DNA of 55,616 bases from Spirochaetales bacterium (GCA_022508205.1 JAFLVQ010000001.1:1-55616), one strand, 5' to 3'. Positions 36,314 through 47,348 are shown, numbered from the stretch's first letter. Translations and numbers: made by a program. Notes: generated by a model not told the origin, from the letters alone.

Positions 36314-37276
36314 TTATTTTCCGATTCTCTTTTTAATAAAAGCCTCGGATGTTACTTGGGCTCTTAATTGAGAAAGAGTTTCTTCCATTTTTGAATTACC
36401 TTCAATCAAAACTTTAAAAGCTCCGTCTTTATCTTCAAAAACAACAGATTGAAACCCTTTTTGTCTGATTTCTTCACAGGCACTGAATGCATTTTCCTTT
36501 CTTGCAAAAGAACCGACTTGTATATAGTAGAAATTTTTCTGCATTGTGTTTATTGCAATCACTTGAGAATGAGCTGACTGCGGATTGGCTTCGGTTTCTT
36601 TGACTACCGGAGATTTTTCTTTATCATCGGGATTTTTTACAACACTGCCGGTTTCATCGGTTGTTGGTAATCCAACGGAGTTTTGAACACTCGAATCATG
36701 TGAAATGCTTTTCAATTTTGCAAGCATATCATGCTTTTTCGTTGCTGTAGCGTCATTGATGTATATTTCACACGGTCCGGATTCTTTTTTGAATTTATTG
36801 TATCCGGAAACATCTTTTTGATTATCGAAGAATTCGACTGTTATGTAGTCGATACTTACATCGGTAATGATGAAAGTGATGTCGTTGCTTATCCAATTGT
36901 AATCTTCTACGATATTTTCAGGGAGCATACGTGTCAGTTTATATTCTCCGTTTTCATTTTTCGCATACTTACAGACAAAGCCGTCATAATTTGTAAAATA
37001 AAAAACATCTCCGTTGGATGAATCAGTAAATTGATAGGCTTTTTGGTCTTTCAGTTTATTAATGTCGTCTGTTATCTGAAAAACTCCGTCTGTTTTCCAT
37101 GTGCATGTTGATGTTACTCCGTTTTCTTCCTTTGAAAATTCTCTGATTTGACCTACAGTCATCGGGAAAAATGGATTTTTCTTATCACCTGAGTCCTGTG
37201 TGATTCTGTTAAAAATCGGTGATGCATTTATTGCGAAAGAATAAAATAGTACTGTAACAATAAAAAAGCGTTTCAT
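36314..37276 (-). CDS. Exported protein with a C-terminal SPOR domain
   Basis: Start moved to MKRFFIVTVLFYSFAINA (ATG 37276, GGGAGG RBS), giving 320 aa. The C-terminus YYIQVGSFARKENAFSACEEIRQKGFQSVVFEDKDGAFKVLIEG is SPOR-like. Confidence 0.7.
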   Translation of the reverse strand: MKRFFIVTVLFYSFAINASPIFNRITQDSGDKKNPFFPMTVGQIREFSKEENGVTSTCTWKTDGVFQITDDINKLKDQKAYQFTDSSNGDVFYFTNYDGFVCKYAKNENGEYKLTRMLPENIVEDYNWISNDITFIITDVSIDYITVEFFDNQKDVSGYNKFKKESGPCEIYINDATATKKHDMLAKLKSISHDSSVQNSVGLPTTDETGSVVKNPDDKEKSPVVKETEANPQSAHSQVIAINTMQKNFYYIQVGSFARKENAFSACEEIRQKGFQSVVFEDKDGAFKVLIEGNSKMEETLSQLRAQVTSEAFIKKRIGK

Positions 37277-37444
37277 TATAAAAACCTCCCGAAATTCGCC
37301 GTTTACTATACCCTGTATTTCTCGGATTTTTATTGTTTTCCTTAACAAAAAATATGTAGTGAGTTGATTTTATTTAAAGCAGAAAACGGATGTTAAACAG
37401 CATAATTTTTGATATAGTAAAAAAATCGGAGGAAACAAATATAT

Positions 37445-37909
37445 ATGAAAAATATGACTGATATTATTGAAAAAGATGCAATTGCAATTATGGAAAATGT
37501 GGAACATAAAGCTGTTATTGATAAATTATTGGAGCTGCTGAAAAACTCCAAGCTGATTACAAATCATGCAAAATTAAGAGAATTGATACTCGAACGGGAA
37601 CGTATAGTTTCTACCGGAATCGGCGTTGGACTTGCCATTCCGCATACTCGCCGCAATATTATAAAAGATTTTGTCGCATCTGCCGTGCTTATTCGCGGAA
37701 CCGGCTGCGAATGGAATTCTATCGATAATCAACCTGTCAATTTTGCAATTTTGATTGCATCTCCTCAAGATACGCATAAGGAATATTTGAAAATCCTTGC
37801 CAATTCAGTTCTTGTGTGGAAAAACGAAGAAATGCGGAACAAGATACTTTCCGCGCAGAATGAAAGCGAAATTTATAATGCACTGTCTGCCATTGAATTT
37901 GATATTTAA
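37445..37909 (+). CDS. ptsN: PTS EIIA type-2 domain protein (PtsN/EIIA-Ntr-like)
   Basis: 154 aa. Active-site region GIGVGLAIPHTR, and ..FAILIASP.. typical of the EIIA-2 family. Confidence 0.8.
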   Translation: MKNMTDIIEKDAIAIMENVEHKAVIDKLLELLKNSKLITNHAKLRELILERERIVSTGIGVGLAIPHTRRNIIKDFVASAVLIRGTGCEWNSIDNQPVNFAILIASPQDTHKEYLKILANSVLVWKNEEMRNKILSAQNESEIYNALSAIEFDI

Positions 37910-37912
37910 AAA

Positions 37913-38392
37913 TTATTTCATTTTGCGAGGATACTGCTTGTTATGAGCTTCGAGGTATAATCCCCATTCGGCTTGAGTCATTCTGTTTCGCGCAGGTTTT
38001 TTCTTTTTAAAAAAATCGGTAAGTTTTTTTTCGGGAGTGGAATACATCATTACGGGAATTTCTCTGTCGTCGGTGATGAAGAGCTCCACTCTGATTTTTT
38101 CGTTGTTAAGAATAATCATAATTTGCTGATCGTTTATTCCGCCTTCGCCGCCGAAACAAAATAAGTAAACCAAATCGACAAGTTTGTTGTTCGCATTGTA
38201 AAGCGTAAAAACGTATTTATCCATTCTGTCGTAATAACGCAAATTTTCGAGTTGTGAAGAAATCAGAATGTTATACAACTGCGAGTAATCCGACATGTGG
38301 TCTAAAAATGAATGAATTCTGTTTCTGCGCAGGAAATCGAAAATTGAAGAAAAGAAAAGTTTCATTTCGGGCAAGTCAGCCAGCATTTTCAT
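37913..38392 (-). CDS. Hypothetical protein, last gene of the arg/car transcription unit
   Basis: 159 aa, no recognisable motif. Starts 33 nt after the carB stop on the same strand. Confidence 0.5.
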   Translation of the reverse strand: MKMLADLPEMKLFFSSIFDFLRRNRIHSFLDHMSDYSQLYNILISSQLENLRYYDRMDKYVFTLYNANNKLVDLVYLFCFGGEGGINDQQIMIILNNEKIRVELFITDDREIPVMMYSTPEKKLTDFFKKKKPARNRMTQAEWGLYLEAHNKQYPRKMK

Positions 38393-38425
38393 TGTATTTC
38401 CCGCTCAACTTAAAAAATGCTGCAT

Positions 38426-41400
38426 CTACGGATTAATTTTTTTTACCGGAAACTTTTCCAAGTACTCATTTAATGAACATACAGGAACGGTTTCCGATGA
38501 TTTTTCCCTATCGAGCGCATTTAAAATACTCATTGTAGTATCAAACGATGTAATACACGAAACTTTGTATTCCACTGCAAGCCGGCGGATTTTAAATCCA
38601 AGTTTGCTTATATTTTTTCCTTTTGTAGGAATATTGATAATAATATCGAAACAGTTTTGACGGATCATATCAAGAACATTCGGCACTCCGTCGCCGGGGT
38701 GCGGTGCAAGTGCAATGTCTGTATAACCGCGCTTCTGTAAAAACTCGTATGTTCCTTTAGTTGCCGATAATTTATAGCCTAAGTTTTGCAGTTTAGGTAC
38801 AAAGTTCAGCAATTCTTCGCGGTCTTTTTGAGCTACTGATAATAAAATATGCCCGCTGTCCGGGACCTGAATCCCCGAACCGGTAACGGCATTGTACAGC
38901 GCATCCATTTTGTTCAGGCCGATTCCGAGTACTTCGCCTGTAGATTTCATTTCCGGCCCCAATCCCGGTTCAACCATTTTCAGCTTATCAAAACTGAAAA
39001 CCGGAGCTTTGATTGTGCAGTACGGAGGTATTTCAAGCAAGCCGGAATTATAACCCAATTCTTTCAATGTTTTGCCGCTCATAATTTTAGTGGCAATTTT
39101 TACCATTGGAATATTCGTTACTTTACTCAGTACGGGAACTGTTCGGCTTGCACGCGGATTTACTTCGATACAGTAAACTTTTCCGTTGGAAATAACGTAT
39201 TGGACATTCATTAACCCGATTGTTTTCAGTTCCTTTCCGAGTGCTATTGTATGACGCTTGATGATATGTATTTCCTCGTCAGACAGTCCTGTCGGAGGAT
39301 ATACAGCCATTGAGTCGCCGGAATGAACTCCGGCACGTTCTATATGCTCGAAAATTCCGGGAATAAACGTATCTGTTCCGTCACAGATAGCGTCTACTTC
39401 CACTTCTTTTCCCAGCAGATATTTATCGATCAAAACAGGATGATCCGGTGATATTTTAGTTGCAAATCGCATATATGAAAAAAGTTCATCGTCATTGTAT
39501 ACAATTTCCATTGCGTGACCGCCGATAACATAAGACGGACGAACCAAAACCGGATACCCTAAGCGATTGGTTACGCCGAGTGCTTCTTCAAAAGAATAAA
39601 CCGCGCGCCCTTCTGCCTGAGGAACTCCGGCACGCTGCAAAATTTGCGAAAACTTATCGCGGTTTTCCGCATCATCGATTGTTTGCACCGACGAACCGAG
39701 AATTTTTACTCCCGCTTCGTGCAATTTCCCCGCAAGATTGATTGCAGTTTGTCCGCCGAATTGAACTATTACACCTTCCGGATTTTCTTTTTCCACAACA
39801 TTCAAGACATCTTCGATATTCAAAGGTTCAAAATATAATTTATCGGATGTATCAAAATCGGTACTCACTGTTTCCGGATTATTGTTGATGATAATGGATT
39901 GAATATTTTCCTCTTTCAAACCCCATACGGAACGAACCGAGCAATAATCAAACTCGATTCCCTGACCGATACGAATCGGACCGGCCCCCAAAACAATCAT
40001 CTTTCGTACATCGTTTGAAACTTCGACTTCATCTTCCTGTTCGTATGTTGAATAATAGTACGGAGTCATTGCCTCAAATTCCGCAGAACACGTATCGACC
40101 ATTTTATAAACTGGAATTACATTGCAGCGCTTGCGGAATGCTCTGAAATCCAAATGAGGAACTCCGACAATTCCGGAAAGATATGTATCTGCGAATCCGC
40201 AGCGTTTCAGTCTTTTAACTAAATCTTTTACTTCATCACTTGGATTTTGTTTGGCTACTGCATCGGGAGTTAACTTTTGCGCAGCTTCTTTTTCCAAAAG
40301 AATAATGTTCTCGAATTTTTTAACAAAGAAAATATCCATTTTCGTAATTTGGACAATTTTGCCTATCGGATAATTTCTTCTCAATAACTCGAAGATTGCA
40401 AAAAGTCTTCTGTCATCGGCGCGCCGAATCATTTCTTCAAGAACTTCCGTTTCTTCATTGTCCAAATCCGGCATTCGCGGACCATCGACTTTTATTTCCA
40501 GTGAGCGGATTCCTTTCATTATCGACCCTTCGATTGTTCGGTCGATACTCATGATTTCGCCCGTAGCTTTCATTTGGGTTCCGAGTTTTCTGTCGGCCGA
40601 TGTAAATTTATCAAATGGCCATCTCGGAATTTTTGTGACAATATAATCAAGCGTAGGTTCAAAACATGCGAGTGTTTTTTTAGTTACCGAATTCTGTATT
40701 TCATCAAGATGAAGTCCGATTGCGATTTTTGCGGAAACTTTCGCTATTGGGTATCCGGTCGCTTTTGATGCCAATGCAGAAGAACGGGATACACGAGGAT
40801 TTACTTCTATTATAATGTAGTTTTTTGAATACGGATCCAGCGCAAATTGAACGTTACAGCCGCCTTCGATTTTTAACGCATCGATAATTTTCAATGCAGA
40901 AGTTCGCAGCATTTGATATTCTTGGTCACAAAGTGTTTGGCTTGGCGCAAGAACGATACTGTCTCCGGTATGAATGCCGACTGGGTCTATATTTTCCATA
41001 TTGCAGACGGTAATACAAGTTCCGTTTGCGTCACGCATTACTTCATATTCGATTTCTTTCCAGCCGGCCACCGACTGTTCTATTAAAACTTGATGAATTC
41101 TCGAATGTTTCAAACCAAGTGAACAGATAGTAACAAGCTCTTCTTCGTTATTGACAATTCCGCCGCCAAGACCACCCATTGTATACGCAGGACGGATAAT
41201 CAGCGGATAGCCGGTTTTATTTGCAAACGTAACCGCATCCGTAAGATTGTTGATAATCTGACTTTCGGCGATCGGTTCACCGATTTTCTGCATTAAATCT
41301 TTGAACATTTCACGGTCTTCGGCTTGTTTTATGGCAGAAAGCGAAGTCCCCAAAAGTTTAACGCCGTATTTGTCGAGAATCCCTTTTTCAGACAGCTCTA

Positions 41401-41698
41401 CCGCAAGATTTAAACCTGTTTGACCGCCGAGTGTCGGAAGTAGCCCGTCGGGACGTTCCTTATCTATGATTTTTTCCAACGAATTTACATTCAGTGGCTC
41501 AAGATACGTTGAATCAGCCATATTTAGGTCTGTCATAATTGTTGCAGGATTCGAGTTTACAAGTATTACGCGCAAACCTTCTTCTTTGAGCGCCTTACAC
41601 GCTTGAGATCCGGCATAGTCAAACTCTGCCGCTTGTCCGATAATTATCGGACCGGAACCTATGATCAACACACTTTTAATAGATTTATCCAAAGGCAT
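38426..41698 (-). CDS. carB: Carbamoyl-phosphate synthase large subunit
   Basis: 1090 aa. Duplicated ATP-grasp halves (..[17 protein letters not shown].. and ..[16 protein letters not shown]..) and an MGS-like C-terminal domain. Confidence 0.97.
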   Translation of the reverse strand: MPLDKSIKSVLIIGSGPIIIGQAAEFDYAGSQACKALKEEGLRVILVNSNPATIMTDLNMADSTYLEPLNVNSLEKIIDKERPDGLLPTLGGQTGLNLAVELSEKGILDKYGVKLLGTSLSAIKQAEDREMFKDLMQKIGEPIAESQIINNLTDAVTFANKTGYPLIIRPAYTMGGLGGGIVNNEEELVTICSLGLKHSRIHQVLIEQSVAGWKEIEYEVMRDANGTCITVCNMENIDPVGIHTGDSIVLAPSQTLCDQEYQMLRTSALKIIDALKIEGGCNVQFALDPYSKNYIIIEVNPRVSRSSALASKATGYPIAKVSAKIAIGLHLDEIQNSVTKKTLACFEPTLDYIVTKIPRWPFDKFTSADRKLGTQMKATGEIMSIDRTIEGSIMKGIRSLEIKVDGPRMPDLDNEETEVLEEMIRRADDRRLFAIFELLRRNYPIGKIVQITKMDIFFVKKFENIILLEKEAAQKLTPDAVAKQNPSDEVKDLVKRLKRCGFADTYLSGIVGVPHLDFRAFRKRCNVIPVYKMVDTCSAEFEAMTPYYYSTYEQEDEVEVSNDVRKMIVLGAGPIRIGQGIEFDYCSVRSVWGLKEENIQSIIINNNPETVSTDFDTSDKLYFEPLNIEDVLNVVEKENPEGVIVQFGGQTAINLAGKLHEAGVKILGSSVQTIDDAENRDKFSQILQRAGVPQAEGRAVYSFEEALGVTNRLGYPVLVRPSYVIGGHAMEIVYNDDELFSYMRFATKISPDHPVLIDKYLLGKEVEVDAICDGTDTFIPGIFEHIERAGVHSGDSMAVYPPTGLSDEEIHIIKRHTIALGKELKTIGLMNVQYVISNGKVYCIEVNPRASRTVPVLSKVTNIPMVKIATKIMSGKTLKELGYNSGLLEIPPYCTIKAPVFSFDKLKMVEPGLGPEMKSTGEVLGIGLNKMDALYNAVTGSGIQVPDSGHILLSVAQKDREELLNFVPKLQNLGYKLSATKGTYEFLQKRGYTDIALAPHPGDGVPNVLDMIRQNCFDIIINIPTKGKNISKLGFKIRRLAVEYKVSCITSFDTTMSILNALDREKSSETVPVCSLNEYLEKFPVKKINP

Positions 41699-41713
41699 AA
41701 AACCATCCTTAAT

Positions 41714-42790
41714 TTATTCGCAGAGTTTTAAAAAATCATCGAAAATATATTCCGAATCGTGCGGACCCGGACCGGCTTCGGGGTGAAATTGAACGCTGCA
41801 TATTTTTTTGTCCGTACATCTGATTCCTTGTATGGTAAAGTCATTCAAATTAATATGCGTAATTTCCACATTGTCGGGAATATTCTCATTCTTCACTGCA
41901 TAACCGTGATTTTGAGATGTTATCGTTACTTTGCCGGTAAGCAGATTTTTTACCGGATGATTGGCACCGCGGTGACCGAATTTCAGCTTGAAGGTATCAA
42001 GTCCCAATGCGAGAGACAAAATTTGATGTCCAAGACAAATTCCGCCGATTGGGATTTTGCCGAGCAGACCTTTTACCAATTCTATTCCGTAAGTGGTTTG
42101 TTTCGGATCTCCCGGTCCATTGGACAGAATGATTAAATCAAATCCTTTCTGCAAAACATAATCCGCCGTTACATCTGCACGCATTACGGTTAGTTTGTGC
42201 CCCCTTGCCTGCAAATTGCGTATGATACTTTGCTTTATTCCGAAATCCACAACGCCTATGTTTTTCCCGCTGCCGTCGATTACATATTCGCTTTCGGTTG
42301 TTGCGTCCATTACATAATCATGACTTGCAAAATCAGGAATATTTTGGGCAAGCTCGATCATTTTTGCATCCGGTAGTTTATTGGTTGTGATAAAGCCTTT
42401 CATTACGCCGCGGCTTCTGATTTTTTTTGTAATTGCGCGAGTATCGACACCTTGAATTCCGAGCAGATTATTTTTTTTCAAATACGCATCAATCGTTCCT
42501 TGACTGCGAAAATTATTTGGAAACTCAGCTGCTTCTTTTACTATAAAACCTCTGAGGAACGGATGCCGTGATTCGGTATCAGTTTCTATGTATCCGTAGT
42601 TCCCGATTTGCGGATAAGTCATCACTACAATTTGACCGCTGTAAGATGGGTCGGTAAGCAGTTCCTGATAACCGGTAACTCCGGTATTGAAAACTACTTC
42701 ACCTTCTGTATAATCTCCGCTGCCAAACGCGGTTCCCTCAAAAATGGAACCGTCTTCAAGTACAAGATACGCTTTTTTACGCTCGTTCAA
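41714..42790 (-). CDS. carA: Carbamoyl-phosphate synthase small (glutaminase) subunit
   Basis: 358 aa. Catalytic GICLGHQ and ..VQFHPEA... Confidence 0.95.
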   Translation of the reverse strand: MNERKKAYLVLEDGSIFEGTAFGSGDYTEGEVVFNTGVTGYQELLTDPSYSGQIVVMTYPQIGNYGYIETDTESRHPFLRGFIVKEAAEFPNNFRSQGTIDAYLKKNNLLGIQGVDTRAITKKIRSRGVMKGFITTNKLPDAKMIELAQNIPDFASHDYVMDATTESEYVIDGSGKNIGVVDFGIKQSIIRNLQARGHKLTVMRADVTADYVLQKGFDLIILSNGPGDPKQTTYGIELVKGLLGKIPIGGICLGHQILSLALGLDTFKLKFGHRGANHPVKNLLTGKVTITSQNHGYAVKNENIPDNVEITHINLNDFTIQGIRCTDKKICSVQFHPEAGPGPHDSEYIFDDFLKLCE

Positions 42791-42792
42791 GA

Positions 42793-43980
42793 TTAAGTCC
42801 TTTTTTTAAAAATGTGGTCTAATGCGTCAATTACTGAGTCAATTTCTTCTTTTTTTACAATTAATGGCGGTAAAAGTCTTACTACGGACGCGCCTGCCGG
42901 AACTGTTACAATATGATGTTCCAAAAGTTCCTGCACAAGTTCCGCCGCCGGATACTTTATTTCCAGTCCGATGAGAAAGCCTTCGCCGCGCACATCTTTT
43001 ATTACATTATACTTTTGCTGCAACTTTTTTAAGTTTTCGATGAAATAACAACCGTTTTCTTTTACTGCGGCAAGAATATTTTCTTCCTTTATAATATCCT
43101 GCACCGCATTAGCTGCCGCCGCAGCTATCGGATTTCCGCCGAACGTGCTTGCGTGGTCACCGGGCTGTAAAATATTTTCCGCCTTTTCATTTACAAAAAA
43201 CGCGCCCATCGGTAACCCGCCGGCTAACCCTTTGGCAGATGTAAAAATATCCGGCTTGCAATCGGGATACTTCATGTGGTTGAATAGATAACCGGTACGT
43301 CCCATTCCGCATTGAACTTCATCGTAAATCAAAAGTGCGTCATGTTTATCGCACAAAGCGCGTACTTCTTTCAAAAACTCATGATTTGCCGTATGAACTC
43401 CGCCTTCGCCTTGAATCGGTTCCAAAATTACGGCGCAGACATCGTCATTCATTACATTCCGTATAGATTCCAAATCGTTATATTCCGCGTAACAAACATC
43501 GGGCAATAACGGGGAAAACGGTTTTTGATACTTTTCCTGCGCTGTCACCGTAATCGTTGCCATTGTTCTGCCGTGGAAAGAATGGTGCATTGATACGATT
43601 TTTGTCTTATTTGTTTTTCCGCTTTGCTTTCCGTACTTTCGGGCAAGTTTTAATGCTCCTTCGTTGGCCTCTGCGCCTGAATTGCAGAAGAAAACACGTT
43701 TTGCCCCGCAGGCATGCACCAGCTTTTCGGCTAAATCAGCTGCCGGAATGCTGTAATAAAGATTGCTTGTATGCCACAATTTTTCGGTTTGAGATTTTAC
43801 TGCATCTACAAGTTTGGGATGACAATGTCCTAAAAGAGTTACCGCAATGCCGGAGCCCATATCCAGAAATTTTTCACCTTTCTCTGTGTAGAGAAATGCA
43901 CCTTGTCCTTTTTCAAAAGTTACCGGATAACGCTTGTATGTATTTAAAATATATTTATCGGTTTTTTCAATTGTATTCAT
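42793..43980 (-). CDS. argD: Acetylornithine aminotransferase (class III PLP aminotransferase)
   Basis: 395 aa. ..LIYDEVQCGMGRTG.., a PLP-Lys region ..DIFTSAKGLAGG.., and arg-operon context. Confidence 0.9.
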   Translation of the reverse strand: MNTIEKTDKYILNTYKRYPVTFEKGQGAFLYTEKGEKFLDMGSGIAVTLLGHCHPKLVDAVKSQTEKLWHTSNLYYSIPAADLAEKLVHACGAKRVFFCNSGAEANEGALKLARKYGKQSGKTNKTKIVSMHHSFHGRTMATITVTAQEKYQKPFSPLLPDVCYAEYNDLESIRNVMNDDVCAVILEPIQGEGGVHTANHEFLKEVRALCDKHDALLIYDEVQCGMGRTGYLFNHMKYPDCKPDIFTSAKGLAGGLPMGAFFVNEKAENILQPGDHASTFGGNPIAAAAANAVQDIIKEENILAAVKENGCYFIENLKKLQQKYNVIKDVRGEGFLIGLEIKYPAAELVQELLEHHIVTVPAGASVVRLLPPLIVKKEEIDSVIDALDHIFKKRT

Positions 43981-44001
43981 ATTTTTAACCTCTTCGGCAG
44001 A

Positions 44002-44904
44002 TTAATTTCCGACAACCATAGTACCGATACCGTGGTCTGTGAAAATTTCCAGCAGAATAGAATGTTTTTGCCGACCGTCTACAATGTGTGTACGTTTTAC
44101 GCCGTTGGAAATTCCGTTGATGCAGGCACGAACTTTCGGAATCATTCCGCCGCTGATTTCACCTTTTTCTATCATCTGTTTTGCGCGATGAATAGTAAGA
44201 GACTCGATTTTTGTCGCTGGATTGCTTGGATTTTCGTAAATTCCGTCTACATCCGTTACCATAATCAGCTTATCCGCTTTTAACGAAACCGCAACTTCAC
44301 TGGCAACTTCATCTGCATTAATATTGTAATGTTCTCCGTTGATTCCTACTCCGATTGGGGCAATAACCGGAATATACCCGTTTTGATTCAATAGATTTAT
44401 AAGTGAACTGTCGATTCTTTCTATATCACCGACAAAGCCCAAATCCACACTCATTTCTTTTTTTGTTTCCGGGTTGAGAATTGTTTCCATCATTTTCTTT
44501 CGTGCTTGGATGATGTTTGCGTCTGCTCCCGAAAGACCGATTGCTTTGCCGCCGAAATGATTGACCATACTTACAATGTCCTGATTTATTTTCCCGACTA
44601 AACTCATTTGGACAATATCCATTGTTTCCTTATCGGTTACACGCAGACCGTTGACAAACTTTGTTTCCTTGCCTACTTTTTGCAGAAATGATGTAATTTC
44701 CGGACCGCCTCCGTGTACGACAACGACATTAATGCCTATATACCGCAGCAGAATAAAATCTTTGATAATATCTTGTTTCAGATTATTATCGACCATAGCC
44801 GCACCGCCGTATTTTATAACAAATGTTTTTGAATGAAATGTTTTTATATATGGTAATGATTCAATCAACACATCTGCTTTTTCTTCCAATTTTTCAATCA
44901 TCAT
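44002..44904 (-). CDS. argB: Acetylglutamate kinase
   Basis: The track ORF begins at GTG 44922, but an AAGGAAGG RBS lies inside that extension. ATG 44904 gives 300 aa (MMIEKLEEKADVLIESLPYI..). Motifs VIKYGG and VVVHGGGP. Confidence 0.93.
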   Translation of the reverse strand: MMIEKLEEKADVLIESLPYIKTFHSKTFVIKYGGAAMVDNNLKQDIIKDFILLRYIGINVVVVHGGGPEITSFLQKVGKETKFVNGLRVTDKETMDIVQMSLVGKINQDIVSMVNHFGGKAIGLSGADANIIQARKKMMETILNPETKKEMSVDLGFVGDIERIDSSLINLLNQNGYIPVIAPIGVGINGEHYNINADEVASEVAVSLKADKLIMVTDVDGIYENPSNPATKIESLTIHRAKQMIEKGEISGGMIPKVRACINGISNGVKRTHIVDGRQKHSILLEIFTDHGIGTMVVGN

Positions 44905-44932
44905 CTTTACCTTCCTTATCACTTGTTAAAAA

Positions 44933-46147
44933 TTATGAGCGGTAATCCGCATTTATACGAACATATTCATGAGAAAGATCCGAAGTCCAAACACTCCAGC
45001 TTTTGCTTCCTTTATCCAAATCGATTATAACTTTAAATGAATCTTTCTTTAATATTTCGGCAGCTTCGGTCTCATTGAAAGAAGTCGGTTCGCCGTTTTT
45101 GAATAGTAAGAGGTTATCAAAGTAAAGTTTTAATTTTGTCGGTTTAAAATCCACACCGCAGTAACCTACTGCGCATAATATTCTGCCGAAATTTGCGTCT
45201 TCTCCGTAAAATGCTGTTTTTACAAGGTTTGATGTAGCTACAGACATTGCAACTTGTTTTGCTTCTTTTTCGGTTTTTGCGTTTTTTACGTAGATTTCAA
45301 CAAGTTTTGTTGCACCTTCGCCGTCTTGTACGATGCTTTTTGCCATTGCGGCAGCTGTTATTTCCACCGCTTTTGCAAACAAGCGATAATCGTCATTGCC
45401 GCCGTTGATTTCCTTGTTACCTGCCAATCCGCTGGAAATCAAGAAAGTAGAATCGTTTGTGCTCATATCGCCGTCAACCGTAATGCTGTTGAAACTTTTT
45501 TCTACAGCCGCATGAAATGCTTTTTTCAATGCTTTTTTGCTGACTCTTGCGTCGGTAAACAGAAAACTCAGCGTTGTTGCCATGTTCGGATGAATCATTC
45601 CCGAACCTTTTGCCACTCCGACGATATGATATTCGTAATTTTTATTTTTTACCGTTACTCCGTAAATTTTCATGCGGGTGTCGGTTGTCATAATTGCTCT
45701 TGCAAAATTATTCGGGTTTGGGTCTTTGATTATTTTTGCGGCTTTGCTCAAGCCAGAAGATATTGAGCCGAAAGGCAGCCGCTGTCCGATAACTCCGGTA
45801 GACATGGGTAAAACGCTTTCTACGGGGATACCGAAAAGCTCCGAGCATTCTTTGCAGGTATTATACGCATCTTCGATTCCCAGCGTTCCCGTACAAGCAT
45901 TGGCATTGCCGCTGTTGACAACAACTGCGCGCAGTTTATTTTTAACATGTTTTTGACATACCAATACAGGCGCCGCTTTTACTTTATTTGTGGTAAACAT
46001 TCCGGTGCCGATGCAGTCGACTTCCGACAATACAACGCCTAAGTCCAATACGCCTTCTTTTTTGATTCCGGCGGCAACACCGTTGGAGTGAAACCCCTTT
46101 ACCATTTCTATGGAAGGATTTTCAATGAAAGAGATTTTATTTTCCAT
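44933..46147 (-). CDS. argJ: Bifunctional ornithine acetyltransferase / N-acetylglutamate synthase
   Basis: Start moved to MENKISF.. (ATG 46147, AAAGGAA RBS), giving 404 aa. Self-cleavage site region ..HPNMATTLSFLFTDA... Confidence 0.92.
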   Translation of the reverse strand: MENKISFIENPSIEMVKGFHSNGVAAGIKKEGVLDLGVVLSEVDCIGTGMFTTNKVKAAPVLVCQKHVKNKLRAVVVNSGNANACTGTLGIEDAYNTCKECSELFGIPVESVLPMSTGVIGQRLPFGSISSGLSKAAKIIKDPNPNNFARAIMTTDTRMKIYGVTVKNKNYEYHIVGVAKGSGMIHPNMATTLSFLFTDARVSKKALKKAFHAAVEKSFNSITVDGDMSTNDSTFLISSGLAGNKEINGGNDDYRLFAKAVEITAAAMAKSIVQDGEGATKLVEIYVKNAKTEKEAKQVAMSVATSNLVKTAFYGEDANFGRILCAVGYCGVDFKPTKLKLYFDNLLLFKNGEPTSFNETEAAEILKKDSFKVIIDLDKGSKSWSVWTSDLSHEYVRINADYRS

Positions 46148-46355
46148 GACAGATTCCTTTGGGAAGTTAAGGTACATTTCGACTGCAGTAATTAAGGAAC
46201 TTTCCCATTTCCCGATAAGAGACGAAATCAAATTCCCAAATTGAAAAAATTTGATACAAAGTACTATATTTCTTTAATTTGTCAAGATGTCGCACGGAAA
46301 TGGGAACGGATGTTCATTCCGCAATTTGCGAAGCGAGTCGGCGATAGTATCGATA

Positions 46356-46396
46356 GGGTCAGACCTGTATCCCAATTCAGGATTAAGGTCTGTCCC
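46356..46396. repeat. Palindromic intergenic repeat, copy b
   Basis: GGGTCAGACC (46356-46365), loop tgtatcccaattcaggattaa, GGTCTGTCCC (46387-46396). Same orientation and nearly the same loop as copy c. Confidence 0.75.
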
Positions 46397-46509
46397 CGCG
46401 TAACCCAAATGCGATTTAAGTTATTACGGTAAATTTCAAGCTGTTGACTGCATTTCGATAAAGTGATTTTAATAACTCAAAATCAAGAAAGAATTACAGA
46501 GGTGATAAT

Positions 46510-47178
46510 ATGGACATGAAAACGGCGATGAACGAAAGGCATTCGGTGCGTTCCTATCTCGATAAGCCTATTGAAACTGACAAAGCACAGGTGCTGCAGA
46601 CATTTATCAACGAGTGCAATAACAGCGGAGATTTGCATATTCAGCTCGTACTGAACGAACCGAAAGCATTTGACTGCCTTATGGCGCATTACGGAAAATT
46701 TTCCGGTGTACAGAACTACATTGCGCTTATCGGGAAAAAGACGGCTGATTTGCAGGAAAAAATCGGCTATTACGGGGCAAAGATCGTTTTGTTTGCGCAA
46801 ACGCTGGGGCTCAACACCTGCTGGGTGGCATTGACTTATAAAAAAATCAAAACGGCATTTACTGTCGATAAAGGCGAAAAATTGTGCAGTGTTCTCACGC
46901 TGGGATACGGAAAAACGCAAGGCACCGCGCATAACGGCAAAACGATAGACGAGATTTGCAGCTGCGAGACAGCACCTGCTCCCGAATGGTTCACAAACGG
47001 CGCAAAAGCCGCACTGCTTGCACCAACCGCCGTGAACCAGCAAAAATTTCATTTTACCTTCAAAAACGGCAGCACGGTAAAAGCAGCGACAAAAGGCGGC
47101 TTCTGTACAAAAATGGACTTGGGAATTGCGAAATACTTTTTTGAACTCGGCGCGGAAACGGAAATCGAATGGGTGTAA
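46510..47178 (+). CDS. Nitroreductase-family protein
   Basis: 222 aa. The N-terminus ..MNERHSVRSYLDKPIE.. is typical of the nitroreductase fold. GC is clearly above the window average. Confidence 0.85.
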   Translation: MDMKTAMNERHSVRSYLDKPIETDKAQVLQTFINECNNSGDLHIQLVLNEPKAFDCLMAHYGKFSGVQNYIALIGKKTADLQEKIGYYGAKIVLFAQTLGLNTCWVALTYKKIKTAFTVDKGEKLCSVLTLGYGKTQGTAHNGKTIDEICSCETAPAPEWFTNGAKAALLAPTAVNQQKFHFTFKNGSTVKAATKGGFCTKMDLGIAKYFFELGAETEIEWV

Positions 47179-47221
47179 ATTGCATTCCATTAAAAAATAA
47201 ACCGACACCGAAACAAAGTAT

Positions 47222-47260
47222 AAAAAAACAGCAGAGCGAACTGCCCTGCTGTTTTGATTT
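47222..47260. terminator. Bidirectional terminator between the nitroreductase and the LRR gene
   Basis: A7-ACAGCAG-(11 nt)-CTGCTGT-TTTGATTTT, a 7-bp stem flanked by an A-run and a T-run. Lies between convergent genes. Confidence 0.55.
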
Positions 47261-47348
47261 TCCATTATCGATTAATTAATTCCCTGTGTGTGTCCACGTC
47301 TCACCGTCTTTGCCCTTTATCGTCTTGCCGCTATTGAGTTTCGCGAAA

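Noticed and set aside
45254-45766. 170-aa plus-strand ORF, plus similar ones at 43557-43988, 52516-53013, 54414-54824 and 55137-55511
   Set aside because: All are antisense to well-supported genes (argJ, argD, antiporter, MATE) and have Cys/Arg/Phe-rich shadow-frame composition.
46241-46432. 63-aa ORF on the plus strand between argJ and the nitroreductase
   Set aside because: It has a TTG-type start with no RBS, reads straight through palindromic repeat copy b, and its composition is non-protein-like. It is probably non-coding.
46483-47265. 260-aa ORF on the minus strand completely enveloping the nitroreductase gene
   Set aside because: It is the codon-aligned antisense frame of a gene that simply lacks TTA, CTA and TCA codons. 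The product is Cys/Phe/Arg-rich and low in information, has no RBS, and I recognise no family. The plus-strand ORF has a clear nitroreductase N-terminus. I treat it as a shadow ORF and as evidence of foreign codon usage.
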